Below are positions 1 through 13,215 of a DNA stretch of 64,000 bases, in pieces. The DNA lies in NCBI RefSeq assembly GCF_006345805.1, contig NC_043013.1:41540001-41604000 (forward strand). Direction: 5' to 3'. The DNA comes from Octopus sinensis (taxonomy: Eukaryota). The notes below the pieces were generated by a model, which was not told where the DNA came from, did no database searches, and saw only the letters and a list, made by a program, of their open reading frames with translations. Made by a program: the position numbers and the translations under genes. The number at the start of each line of letters is the position of its first letter. The first letter of the stretch is position 1.

Positions 1-340
1 CAATTTCGGCTGATAAATCTTGAGATTGCGCCGACCTGGCCAGCCCCAAAGGAAAATCTAAGCCAAGTGCATTAGATTCCTTGGAAGAAAGCCTCGAATT
101 TATACAAAACAAGGACGGGAAAACGGACGATGTTACACGAATAAGAATACAAAAATACGTAAAAACAATAATGATAACACGAATAAGAATACGAAAATAC
201 GTAAAAACAATAATGATAATAATAACAAAACAGGACGTCACAGACAGGCGTCTTTTCGACAGGACGGGTGAACTTCGAGCTGGCGCATTAGAAAAATGCC
301 TTGGGGCAAAGAGAGAAAAAAATGTGTCTAGCCTCGACCC
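1..340. repeat. Interspersed repeat copy, inverted relative to the copy at ~2400-2690 (family unclassified)
   Basis: caatttcggctgataaatcttgagattg...ggacgggaaaacggacgatgttacacgaata is the diverged reverse complement of ~2460-2595. A related fragment lies at ~28020-28090. Confidence 0.75.
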
Positions 341-349
341 TTTTATCTT

Positions 350-459
<110 letters not shown>

Positions 460-909
460 CAGATAGAGTATTCCACACAGTTTTTTTTCTTTTCTACATG
501 TGTATATTTGTCATGCAATTTATACGTTTTCAATAAACTTAGAAATTAGACTCGATGTTCAGAGTAAACAAATGGCTTCCTTACAGATGTTACATCTAGG
601 TGTGTTGAAAAATGGCTCCAACTATCTATTTCCTAGGTTCGTTTGACACACCTTGTGTGTTGATTAAAAATGTTCACCGTACATTTTTCTAGTCACGTCT
701 GTGAGTGTTTGCATGTGGTGCATGTGTACGAGTATGTGTGTATATATATATATATGCTGACGTGCGTGTCCCTGTCTCTATTCTTGTACATTTTGATGTT
801 TCATATCTCTCTACTTGGGTATGTGTCTATATATGATTGTATATATTTGTGTATATATATACCTACCTATATATATGTATATATATATATATGTCTTCCT
901 GGGGATATG

Positions 910-960
<51 letters not shown>

Positions 961-978
961 ATGTGTGTGTAATTATAT

Positions 979-1945
979 ATTGGTTTGACAAGAAAGTAAT
1001 TTCGTTTTTCGCAAATAGATAGAGTTACGATTCTTTACAATGACTTTCGTCAATTTTATGATTTTTTTTCCTTTTGACATTTAGTAGCTGTAACTTTTAG
1101 CTTACGTTAGAAGCAAATTTCACGTAATTTTGTTAACAGCTGTTAGTTCAGTGTCAATTTTAACATACAGTGCAAAATCAAACATTTTCGCCATATTTTG
1201 CTTTTTTTTATTTACGTAAAGCCAAGAATGTTGCTGAGGCTCACAAAGAGATATGTGAAGCTTATGATGTTGATTGCTTAACAGAACGCACATGTCAGAA
1301 ATGATTTTAAAATTCCGTTCTGGAGATTTTTTCACTCAAAGTTGACCAACATTTTGGTCGACCTACTGAAGTTAATGATGACCGAATCAAAGCCATAATT
1401 GAATCTTATTCCCATATAACTGAGCGAGAGATTGCAGAAACTTTAGTTGTATCACGAAGAACAGTTGAAAATCTTTTAAAATGTCTTGGACTCGTTAAGA
1501 AGCTTGATAATAAGCGTTCCAGATGAATTTTAAGAGATTCACTTAACATAACAAATCAATATTTGCTATATGCATCTCAAGCACAATGAAATCAACCATT
1601 TTTGAAACGAATCATCACTGGCGATGAAAAATGGATTGTCTACAATAACATCAATCGCAAACGATCATGGTCTAAGCGTAATGAACCAGCACGAACCTCA
1701 TCGAAATCTGAATTGTATAAAAAAAAGCCATGCTGTCAATTTAGTGAGTTTTCAAAGGTGTTGTATATTTTGAGCGGCTTCGAAGGAACTAAACGATCAG
1801 TTCAGATGTTTACTGTCAACAACTAATGAAACTGGAGGAAGTGATCAAAGAAAATGGCTAGAATTGACAAATCGGAAAGGAACCGTGCTTCACCATGACA
1901 ACGCTAAAATACACACATCTTTGCTAACTCGCAAAAACTTAGAGG
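979..1945 (+). mobile_element. Degenerate mariner (Tc1/mariner) transposon: left TIR plus frameshifted transposase, 3' truncated
   Basis: TIR-like ttggtttgacaagaaagtaatttcgtttt at ~979-1008 resembles Hsmar1/MADE1 ends. Remnant translations HFRHIL, KRIITGDEKWIVYNN and VLHHDNAK carry the first two catalytic D motifs. Confidence 0.93.
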
Positions 1946-2344
1946 ATGTCGTGCAGCTACTGTGTATACTTCGCTCAGAGATTTATGATATATATATATA
2001 TATATATATATACAGCGGTGTACGTACACTTTGTTCTCTTATATGTAAGTACACATTCACTAAATTTTGTACGACTTCTTCAACACTCTCTCTCCCCCCT
2101 CTCACATTCCTTTGCCTTTCTTACTTTGCACTTCACTTTATCCCTGTCTCTCCTTTTTCTCGCCACTCCCTGATTCTTCTGTCTACACACCCTCTCTTGC
2201 TCTTTCTCGCTCTCTCTCTCTCTCTTCTCCCTCTCCTTAACTCCTTTGTTCCTCTTTTTCTCTCTCTTCTCTTCTCACGTGACCGTTGGCCGACTGCTGG
2301 CCTTTTTGCGTATGGCCACGGTCGCTGTCACATCGATACTTTTC

Positions 2345-2690
2345 CTCTGCCGTAAGGCTTAATTCCCCACACGCCAACTGAATTCAATTCGTCTCCAGTC
2401 GAAAGACGCCTGTTGTTATTACTATTTTATTGTTTTCTTATTATTATTTTTGTATTTATATTCGTGTAACATCGTCCGTTTTCCCGTCCTTGTTTCGTAT
2501 GCATTCGAAGCTCTTTTCCAAGGAATCCTATGATCTTAGTTTAGTTTTTCTTTGGGGCTGGCCAGATTGGAGCAATCTCAAGATTAATCAGCCGAAATTG
2601 CGAGGATGATCCGGTTGTTGACTGAAGATTAACGGCTTCGAATGACCCATCCGTGTTTTTTGTATCGTCTATCTGGATGTTTTGCGTTCT
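2345..2690. repeat. Interspersed repeat copy, inverted partner of 1-340
   Basis: Reverse-complement match to the window start (gaaagacgcctg...catcgtccgttttcccgtccttg...gattaatcagccgaaattg). Confidence 0.75.
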
Positions 2691-2702
2691 TGTCCCATTT
2701 TG

Positions 2703-2738
<36 letters not shown>

Positions 2739-2749
2739 ATATATATATA

Positions 2750-2785
2750 TTGGGTTTGGGTTGGTAAGAAAGTAATTTCGGGTTT
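2750..2785 (+). mobile_element. Isolated mariner TIR-like sequence
   Basis: ttgggttggtaagaaagtaatttcgggttt matches the TIR at 979 in the same orientation and follows a (TA)n run. Confidence 0.5.
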
Positions 2786-2914
2786 AGTGGGGACTAAAGA
2801 GCTGGTTTGGGACTAGCGCATTTCGCGTTTTCTTTGTACCCCACCATAATAACAACGTCATAAAAAATAAATTGGAATGTCTAATCCTGTTTTCAATATC
2901 TCATGCTTGCATAA

Positions 2915-3095
2915 GGCGACCAGCTGACAGAATCGTTAGCACACCAGGCGAAACCCTTAGCGGTATTGTGTCCGTCTACTTGTTCTGTGTTTAAATTACA
3001 CCGAGGTTGCTTTTGCTTTTTATGCTTTCGGGGTCGATAAAATAAACACCAGTTGAACACTGGGGTCGATGTAATCTATTAAAACCTTCCCCCTA
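2915..3095 (+). mobile_element. SINE family A (tRNA head, Nin/Deu-like central domain), diverged copy
   Basis: ggcgaccagctgacagaatcgttagc...tttcggggtcgataaaataaacaccag...ctggggtcgatgtaatc aligns by eye to the cleaner copies at 24315 and 63538. Confidence 0.85.
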
Positions 3096-4026
3096 AAATT
3101 GTGCCAAAATTAGACTCCAATGTATTATGATTGAATAAAAAGGTGAGATGGTCACGGTTGTGACGTCATTGATCAGGGGTTTCTGCTTAGAACTGATGTA
3201 GAAGTAAACATCAGCTACTGCAACTACAACAACAACAGCAGCAATATAACAAACAAAAAGCACAACGGCTATCACCGTCTTAAAACATCACACAATGCAA
3301 ACATATGTCTCAAACAAAAGCAAAACAAAAAAAAAAACAAAAGCAAAATATAGGATAGCTATGGCTGGAACGCTTTTGTCTATATGCCTTGTGGAGAAAT
3401 GACGACCTGGGACTAAACAACAAGAACGGCGACAAAAACAACGTCAATATAAAATTATGTCCTGTACAACATGGCGTATTTCTCTTTCCGCTACAATGGC
3501 GTTCATAAAAGCTATTGAATCATATATTGTACTTCCCCGCCTCTCTCTCTCTCCAAACTTGGAGAACACTGCCGTCGTTTCACATTATTTAACGATGTAA
3601 CGTTATACATAAATTATTACACGTCTCTAAAGCTCTGTCCTTCCATATGTCTATATTAGACTAAGTCCAGTTACGAATAAAATATCTCGTTTCTGTATTA
3701 TTACTACTTTCACCTTTGTCATTTCAGTCGAGCTTCTTTTTCTTAACAATCATTGCTCGATAAAATACTAACACTATTCAATCAGCTTATGATAATTGCT
3801 GTCTACTGACAACCGATACAGAAGTCGTATGATACATACTTATCTACGAGCGTTTTATATATTTGTGCGTATGTTTTTGTCTTTTTTGTTTCTTCCTGCT
3901 TCCTTAATATATTTTACTGTGTTGCAATACTATTTCATACATACGTACATAACTACACCGCAACCTAGCTACAGGCACACACACACACACAGAAATAGAT
4001 TGATAGATAAACAGACAGATAGATAA

Positions 4027-4063
<37 letters not shown>

Positions 4064-4270
4064 GAACGACAAACAGACAAAGACAAAAAGACAAATAACA
4101 AAATAGTTATTGAGACAGGTACCTCGATGTATACATGACCGCAGCCGCATGACTGAAATTTTTAAAAGAATCAAAGAATACATATATATATATGCGTGTG
4201 TGTGTGTGTTTGTTTGTTTGTGTGTTTGTTTGTGTGTGTGTGTGTATGTGTGTGTGTGTGTGTATGTGTG

Positions 4271-4316
<46 letters not shown>

Positions 4317-5032
4317 TACGTGTCTGTAGGTGTATATGTACTACACGTTTTAATGCACCGATATAAAATGATAAAATATCCAAACTTATATGTATGTAGT
4401 GTGTATATATGTATCATGTAATACATAATACATATATACACAGAGCATAGAGATATGTATACATGTATATTTGTATATTTATGTATGCGATTTGCGATAG
4501 TTTTTCCGAAGCTATTCATTCTCATTTAAAATATCGCCGGTGTCATCAGTGCCTTTCATTCGTTCGTATTGATAAATAAAAATGATAGTACAGTCCAGGG
4601 CGATAATTTAACGAAATTTGTAATAGTGTCAGATGGGATGTCATGTTCTATCTCTACATCCAATGTGCTGTAGCCGTATAGGAAATTTCAAAAGCGAATA
4701 AAATGGCGGCGACACCTCATTCAGGTGATGCGACTGAAAGATAAGATCTACAATGGAAAAATCATTTGCGGCGAAATCTCGTGATTCTTTTCGAAGATCA
4801 ACAACGGTGAGACGACATGTTCCTACCTTCGAAATGCGGAGTAGATAAAACAAGGGACAAAAAGATGAAGGGAATGTTCTTTATGTTGCCTGTCACGCTT
4901 CTCTATTTGTTACTTTCTTTGTTCGAAAAAATGTTCGTTTTTCCATGTTTTTGTTTTTTTTTTATGTTCTCGTTCTTAATTTTGTTCACGTCTTTTTGGT
5001 GCCCTGTACCCATATATGAATGTATATATACA

Positions 5033-5063
<31 letters not shown>

Positions 5064-5105
5064 TATATATATATATATATACATACATATATATATATAT
5101 ATATA

Positions 5106-5258
5106 TTCCGCCGAGGTCGACTTTGCCTTTCGTCCTTTCGGGGTCGATTAAATAAGTACCAGTTACGTACTGGGGTCGATATAATCTACTTAATCCGTTT
5201 GTCTGTCCTTGTTTGTCCCCTCTATGTTTAGCCCCTTGTGGGCAACAACGAAATAAGA
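5106..5258 (+). mobile_element. SINE family A, 5'-truncated
   Basis: ccgccgaggtcgactttgcctttcgtcctttcggggtcgattaaataagtaccag...agccccttgtgggcaac. Confidence 0.92.
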
Positions 5259-5485
5259 TGAAAATACAGCTCAAAGGTCGCCGTTTTAACACCGTTGTTG
5301 GGATGCAGGGTGATTCATAGAAAGTCTTCGACTCGCTTACGGAAGACAACTTCCAGGTCAGATCCCTGGATCTAGTGTATTGCAGCGTAAAATGACGATT
5401 TCGAAAGTCATGATAAGTTACTTTTTATTAAACATAGCTAGTCTGAGAATCTTTTGATACTATCTCGTATATATATATATATATA

Positions 5486-5986
5486 TCTATATATATAAAA
5501 CTGTAGTTGTGTGAGTGTCTGTCTCCTACGATTTAGATTCCTAACTCCTCCCACATTTTGCGGTGCAGTTTAACCAAATTCGGGTATCTTATAGTCGTGA
5601 TTAATATCAAGCCCGTCTGGCTATTAGCGCGCGTCTACGATGAGTCTACGATTTTAAAAATAATTTAACATCATTTTTTATTCCATTTTAATGCATGATT
5701 TTTCGTGTGTCGATGGCGGCGGAGTTGGCGTCCACGCTCAAACACCTGCACCTGTGTTTGCTTCTCCCCCTTCTTCCCTCCCTCGTGAAGCTGTGGGGAA
5801 GGGAGTGTAAGGAAATCAACGTCGTAAAGCGTTGTCAAGGAGACCAGCGTTCTTTTAGTACAACGACTTCATGGCTTGAAGACACCAAAACAGAAATGGC
5901 TAAGAAAGCCCGAATTGGCATCTATAAAGGAAGTAACTCTCTAAAAATGCTTATATAGTTATTTCCCTTACAAACCCGAGCAACGC
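5486..5986 (+). mobile_element. Non-autonomous Helitron-like element with truncated 3' hairpin
   Basis: 5' end TCTATATATATAAAA. It ends in acaaacccgagcaacgc, identical to the start of the 3' hairpin of the 16257-16643 element, but lacks the rest of the hairpin and CTAG. Confidence 0.7.
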
Positions 5987-6394
5987 GACCTGCTCACTGA
6001 CAAACGGATATATTTATGTATGTATATGTATATATACCTACTTACATAAATATATATGTAGGTATTGACGCATGTATTTAAGTAAGTGCGTGTTGTAAAG
6101 TTATGCTGCGTTTAAAATTTATATAGAAAGAATCAAGCCATATACTTGAAATAGTATTACAAGATTTTTTTTCAAATAGATAGTACTAATCCCAAACCTA
6201 CAAACACGATTTTAGGTGGATCAAAATTATGACTTAATACATTATAACTCAGGCTGAATAATCTTATAAAAATTAATTCTCATCTAGATATATATATGTC
6301 CATAAATGTATGCAATTTATATATGTGTATGTGTATATATATACGAATGTGTGTGTGTTTATGTGTAAATATTATTGTGTATATATTTTTATAC

Positions 6395-6439
<45 letters not shown>

Positions 6440-7299
6440 ATATATATACATACACATATACATATATAGATATACATACACATATAATATATAGATATAC
6501 ACACACACACGCACACATATATACATACATATATATATTTACGTATATATATACATATATATATATATATAGTGTGTGTGTGTGTGTGTGTGTAATGCAA
6601 AATACAGTCAACCTCACATCACAAACACCTTGTAACTTTCCTGGAGGTATTTTCTCACAAGGGTGAAGGTTTCTCTCTCAGTTTGTCTCAAGAGAGTCTC
6701 TTGTGTTTGATTTTCATTTTTTTCTTTCTTTTTCTCCATTCTTCGGATTAGAACCAGACGTGTAGGTGACTGGGAGCATATCTACAGACAAAAACCAGTG
6801 ACAGGAACCATAAATTATATCAGTTAGGAGATGTAATTTAAATAATAAATATTTATAACTCTATACTTTCCCGTGGTGTTGACTACCTTCTTCTTCAGTC
6901 CATTCCTGTAGCATGTATGTGTGTTTATATCTAGGTGTATACATATATCTATATATATATGTATGCCAGTATGAATGTATACATGTATGTGTGTGTTTAT
7001 ATGACTTTGATTTTAGAATCAGAGAACTATATTCTCTGTGTTTTTCTCGTATTTTCCTATTCAAGTTCATCTTGCTTTAACATATGGTATATATATATTT
7101 TTTGCTAATAAACACTTTTAACTTTGGTTTTATCTATCTTCTTGGTGGCTGTATATAACTGTTAGACTTAGGGCTATTTTCTTCAAACATATATTTTCCT
7201 TTTTTACTGCCATCGATCCTTTCGAAGTCCATTCCTCATCTGTATATCTTTTCAGATCTCAAAGTTCAAATTAAGATTTAAAAAGACGCTAGATTCTTT

Positions 7300-7346
7300 G
7301 ATTCTCTTTTCGCTTGTATCATCACCATCATCACCATCATCATCGT

Positions 7347-7381
<35 letters not shown>

Positions 7382-8040
7382 GCAGTAGCAACCGTCTCAT
7401 GAACACTATCGTCATTGTCTACATAATCCTCGTGCTTCTCCTCATCTTCATTATCATCATCATCATCATCCATCATAGACATCATGATCATCATCATCAT
7501 CATCGTCATTGTCTTCATAATCCCTCTCCACGTGCTCCTCTTCATCCTCATCCTCATCCTCATTATCATCATCATCATCATCCATCATAGGCATCACGAT
7601 CATCATCATCATCATCGTCATTGTCTTCATAATCCCTCTCCTCGTGCTCCTCTTCATCCTCATCCTCATTATCATCATCATCATCATCATCATTCATCAT
7701 AGGTATCCTCATCATCGTTCTATCATTACGATCATCATCATTATCATCACCATCATCATCATTCATCATAGGTATCCTCATCATCGTTCTATCATTACGA
7801 TCATCATCATCATCATCACCATCGTCATTGTCTTCATAATCCTTCTCCTCGTACTCCTCCTCATCCTCATCCTCATTATCATCATCATCATCATCATCAT
7901 TCATCATCATCATCATCATCATTCCTCATAGGTATCCTCATCATCATTCTATCATCACGATCATCATCATCATCATCATCGTCGTCGTCGTTGTTCTTGT
8001 CGGCATTGTTGTTGTCGTTGTTGATGTTGTTGTTGTTGTA
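7300..8040. repeat. Compound (CAT)n-derived minisatellite with ~70 and ~110 bp units
   Basis: Recurrent blocks atcgtcattgtcttcataatcc (~7502, 7613, 7822) and ataggtatcctcatcatc (~7698, 7767, 7927). Confidence 0.9.
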
Positions 8041-8330
8041 GTTATTTCGAGTATACTTACAGGATTTACTAAAACGAAGAAAACCCTTTTCACCGAAACT
8101 TAAAGACTTATAAGATCTTCTTTCTGCAAAGAGAATTTCCTGTGTGGTGACTTTTTAAACAGAAAAGTCTGAATAATGAATAAAGAGTAGCAAGAATTGT
8201 TTAGATTAGAGATTAAAACATTTTGCTGAATCTCCTAATCTTGACAGGCTAATATATGTGGGTATTTATGTATGAGTATGTGTGAGCATGTAAGTGTGTG
8301 AGTATATATGTGTGTGTGAGAGTGCGTGAG

Positions 8331-8378
<48 letters not shown>

Positions 8379-8492
8379 TATGTATAAAATACATGCTTAT
8401 ATACATGTGTAGCATGTGTGAGAGAAAGTGTGTGAAAGTGAGTGTATATATACACCTGTCTGTGTGCACGTGTACAAGTATGTAGATAGATT

Positions 8493-8574
<82 letters not shown>

Positions 8575-8617
8575 CAGATAGATAGACAGATAGATAAATA
8601 GAGAGATGGATATATTT

Positions 8618-8701
<84 letters not shown>

Positions 8702-8904
8702 AGACAGACAAAAATAACTACAGGCATACATACATACATAAGGGTAAATATTTACATGCATATATACATTATGCATACATGAATGTAAATACATACATGC
8801 CTTATATGCATACTGCTTGCTAACACATGTATAGCATAAACATATATACGCAAACATTCAAATTGCAGACTGTTTGAGGGAAAATCGTTTAGAGGTAAAA
8901 ACAA

Positions 8905-9600
8905 AGCCTGTTTTTTCAAATTTGGGTACAAGGCCAGCAATCTAGGGTGGGGAGATAAATCAGTTACATCGACCACAGTGATCGACTGGTTCATATTTTG
9001 TCGATACAGAAAAGATGAAAGGCAAAGTCAACCTCGGTGGAATTTCAACTCAGAACATCAAAAGACGGACTAAATGCCGCTAAGCATTTAGCCCGGCTTT
9101 CTCACTAAACTTGATGTATAAATATTGGTTTCAAATTGTAGCGTAAGGCCTGCGATTTCGGAGAATGGAGAAGTTGAGTCCGCCGACCTTAATGTTTTAT
9201 CGATCTCCAGAGGATGAAATGCAAAGTCGACCGAGACGGATTTTCAACTTAGAACGAAAAGACGGACGAAAGATCGCCTTCTTGCTCCTTCTAGGGGACG
9301 CGAAGTCTTTTACATCGACTCCAGTGCTCAAATTATTATCTATTTTATTGCCTCGGCAGAATTTGAACTCAGAACGTAAAGACAAATGAGATGACGCGAA
9401 GCAGATTTTTTTTTGGGGGGGGGGGCGTCCTAATGATTCTGCCAGCTCGCCACCTTAACTCTGTATGTAAATATTACTTTCAAAGTTTGGCACAAGGCCA
9501 GCAATTCTAGAGGTGAGCAAGTTGATTATATTGACCCCAGTGTTCAACAGGTACTAACTTTATTGTCCTCCAAAGGATGAAAAGCAAAGCCGACGCTCGC
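8905..9600 (-). mobile_element. Cluster of four diverged SINE family A copies
   Basis: Repeated gatgaaaggcaaagtc...ggaatttgaactcagaac-like blocks at ~9010, 9215, 9360 and 9575. Confidence 0.8.
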
Positions 9601-9951
9601 AAATTGCTTTGCGTTTAAGATTTGCGTCTACTTTTTCCTTAAAAGCGGAACAGGCATGTTTGCCCAACCCCAATACACAAGGAGAATTATATTTCCCAAT
9701 GTTGTTAAGAATTATTCTATCATACAATCAGGCAACACGAGTAAGCGGGAATCCTTAATGTGAACGAAGGAATATCAAGTTTAAGACCGATTAATGAGCT
9801 ACAACGGAGCTGGGAACACTGTAAATAAAATCGAGCTTAATAGGAACGAGATATCAACTATCATACAGGTGCGGCATCGTGTATGTAAACGTAGAGATGT
9901 GTAAGTGCGTACATATATATGTGTGTGTGCGCGTATGTGTGTATGTGTGTG

Positions 9952-10016
<65 letters not shown>

Positions 10017-10321
10017 GTATATATGTATACATATATATGTATATATATAATTTACATATATATAATTTTTACCTTTATGGGTCTCTTACGCATGCTAAGC
10101 CTCTGATGTTATCATAGACGATAATATACTCATATATATATTTAAGTATGTCTCTGTATTTATATATACACGGGTATATGTAATATATATATATATATAT
10201 CTATATATATATCTATGTATATTTCTTCATATAATAATATTATAATATGAAATATTTTATATGTATATATATATAAGATATATAATACACACACATAAAT
10301 ATATATATATATATATATATA

Positions 10322-10533
10322 TAGGGAGAGTTTACGAAAAAAACAAAAGACGAAGACAGGTGGTGTACACAACAAACAGATGTATTAGTATAACGCTCAG
10401 GAATAGAAAAAGGCTTTTACGTTTCGAGCCTACGCTCTTCTACAGAAAGGGACACAGAAAAAAACAAGGAGAGAAAAAAAGGAGAAAAAAAAAGGAGAGA
10501 AAATGTGTGTAGTGGCTAACGATGAATCATGGT

Positions 10534-10613
<80 letters not shown>

Positions 10614-10820
10614 ATCTATATGTATATATAGGGAGAATTCACGAAATAAACAAAGACGGAGACAGGTGGCGTAGAAAATAAAACAGATGTATAGTATAAC
10701 GCTCGGAAATTGAAAAAGTCTTCTACGTTTCGAGCCTACGTTCTTCTACGGAAAGGAACACAGAAAGAAACAAGGAGAGAAAAAAATGTGTGTAGTGGTT
10801 ACCGGTCTATCATGGCGACT
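10322..10820 (-). repeat. Two diverged direct copies of a PLE pseudo-LTR-like repeat separated by (TA)n, each with an HHR-like motif
   Basis: 10322-10530 vs 10630-10820. The minus strand reads CTTT CTGTAGA A GAGC GTAG GCTC GAAA CG T A AAAG at 10414-10449. Confidence 0.65.
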
Positions 10821-10963
10821 GATAGACATTAATGATAAACATTGCTTCTCAGTATCATTACTACTTTCATTTCTTACAGAGATTTTCTAACTAGCTACTT
10901 TCTCTCTATACATATGTGTGTGTGTACGTGTACGTGTATGCATGCATGTATGTATGTAATCGC

Positions 10964-11014
<51 letters not shown>

Positions 11015-11209
11015 ATATATATTTGCTATTGCCTCAAATACAAGCGAACATATACATTCATATATATATATATATATATATATTATTATATATATATATT
11101 CATACCATTTGTGTGTTTGTGTATCTTTTGTAGTATGCGCGTGTGTACATATGTATGCGTACCCGAACTTCATTGACTGAAGCAACTAAAAGAATGGATA
11201 TAAACGGGT

Positions 11210-11289
<80 letters not shown>

Positions 11290-11675
11290 TTAGATAGATA
11301 GATAAATAGATAGATAGATGGACAGATAGCGAGATAGAGAGACAAAGTGTGTGTCAGCGTGCGTGTGTGTGTGTGTGTGTGTGTATGTGTGTGCGTGTGT
11401 GTCTGTGTATTATACCTCGTCCGATTATCTAAATATCTCTGCTATATGTTTATGTGTGGCTGCGTTAGTCTTTCCTGCCTATTTGGCAGCAGGAAGCCAT
11501 TCTAGTGTCACTTCCTTAACATAATATACAGAAAAACTACCGACGAGAAGGTTGATTATGAAATAGTGGCTGGAAATAATGGTCTAGTTTTATATGCATT
11601 TATACGTATGTGTGGGTATGCGTCAGTGTGCGTGCGCGCGCGTGTATATATATATATATATAATATATATATATA

Positions 11676-11905
11676 TATACATTCAAAAATATAAGGAATG
11701 ACCATAATAGGACATTCGACTCACTAGAAAGAGCAGCCAAACTCAAACCGCTAATAGTTGTAATTCTGCAATTGAAAGAGAACTAAAAACGTTTTTATTT
11801 CTCTTTCAATTTCAAAATTACAACTATTAGCGGTTTGAGTTTGGCTGCTCTTTCTAGTGAGTCGAATGTCCTATTATGGCCATTCCTTATATTTTTGAAT
11901 GTATA
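11676..11905. repeat. Near-perfect 230-bp palindrome (fold-back of a PLE pseudo-LTR-like repeat)
   Basis: Arms are symmetric about 11790/11791 (aaaaac|gttttt) with no indel and about 4 mismatches. The right arm and flank match the repeat at ~12580-12790 in inverted orientation. Confidence 0.95.
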
Positions 11906-12140
11906 TTATATAGTCTTTGACTATCTTTTCTTTCTCACTAGACCGCTGGTAGCGGAGAATTTTTTCTAGAATATTTTGCTACCCTTATATTTATTAATTA
12001 TAAATATATATATATCGTAAAATATAATTGCCAACTAAATGTGGCGATCCCATATGCATATATAGAAAGACAGACAGACAAATATATAAATAGATAGACA
12101 TGTATACCTAAAAATATCATAATGTATATATATATATATA

Positions 12141-12540
12141 CTCTTTACTCTCTTTTATTCTCTTACTTGTTTCAGTCATTTGACTGCGGCCATGCTGGAG
12201 CACCGCCTTTAGTCGAGCAAATAGACCCCAGGACTTATTCTTTGTAAGCCTAGTACTTATTCTATCGAATAAGTTCTACCGAACCGCTAAGTTACGGGGA
12301 CGTAAACACGCCACCAGCGGTTATCAAGCGATTTGGGGGGGGCAAACATATACACACAAACAAAACACACACACACATATATATACATATATGCGACGGG
12401 CTTCTTTCAGTTTCCGTCTACCAGGCTTTGGTCGGCCCGAGGCTATAATAGAAGGCACTTGCCCAAGGTGTCAAGCAGTGGGAATGAACCCGGAACCATG
12501 TGGTTGGTAAGCAAGCTACTTACCACACAGTCACTCCTGC
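12141..12540 (-). mobile_element. SINE family C (tRNA head, CORE-like domain), near full length
   Basis: Minus strand: gtgtggtaagtagcttgcttaccaaccacatggttccgggttca...ccttgggcaagtgcc...aaaggcggtgctccagcatggccgcagtcaaatgactgaaacaagtaag. Confidence 0.9.
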
Positions 12541-12541
12541 G

Positions 12542-12579
<38 letters not shown>

Positions 12580-12802
12580 TCAATATAGGGTGGCAAGGAA
12601 AATTTTGTAGAATGTTATTGCCACCAGCGGCCCAGCGGGAAAAAAATTAAATAGTCATAGACCATTTTTAAGTTCAACATTAACAATTAAGGAACGGCCA
12701 TAATAGGCCATTCACCCACTAGAAATAACAGCCAAAGCTTCTACCGCAAATAAAGATTAATTCCGTAAACAGGAGAAAATTAAAAAAAACATTTACCCTG
12801 TA

Positions 12803-12908
12803 ATTTCTTGTACGGTATACTGTTTCATCCGCTGTTTAATGGTATACTAACCTGATTAATTAAATCAAGCCAATCTTCCATAAGCCCTCGGATTCTTCAG
12901 CAAGAAAT
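12803..12908 (-). ncRNA. Type I hammerhead ribozyme motif with 57-nt loop 2
   Basis: Minus strand: ATTTCTTG CTGAAGA ATCCG [57 nt] CGGAT GAA ACAGTATACCGT A CAAGAAAT. Stem I is 8 bp, stem II 5 bp, core intact, GUA triplet. Confidence 0.85.
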
Positions 12909-12992
12909 AGCTCAAGACGGAACAGATATATACACGAGGCATACCCAATCTTGCCAAGTCAATATCTGACCTAAAATTGTCAATATCTGACC

Positions 12993-13031
<39 letters not shown>

Positions 13032-13032
13032 G

Positions 13033-13075
<43 letters not shown>

Positions 13076-13098
13076 TATATATATATATATATTATATG

Positions 13099-13215
<117 letters not shown>

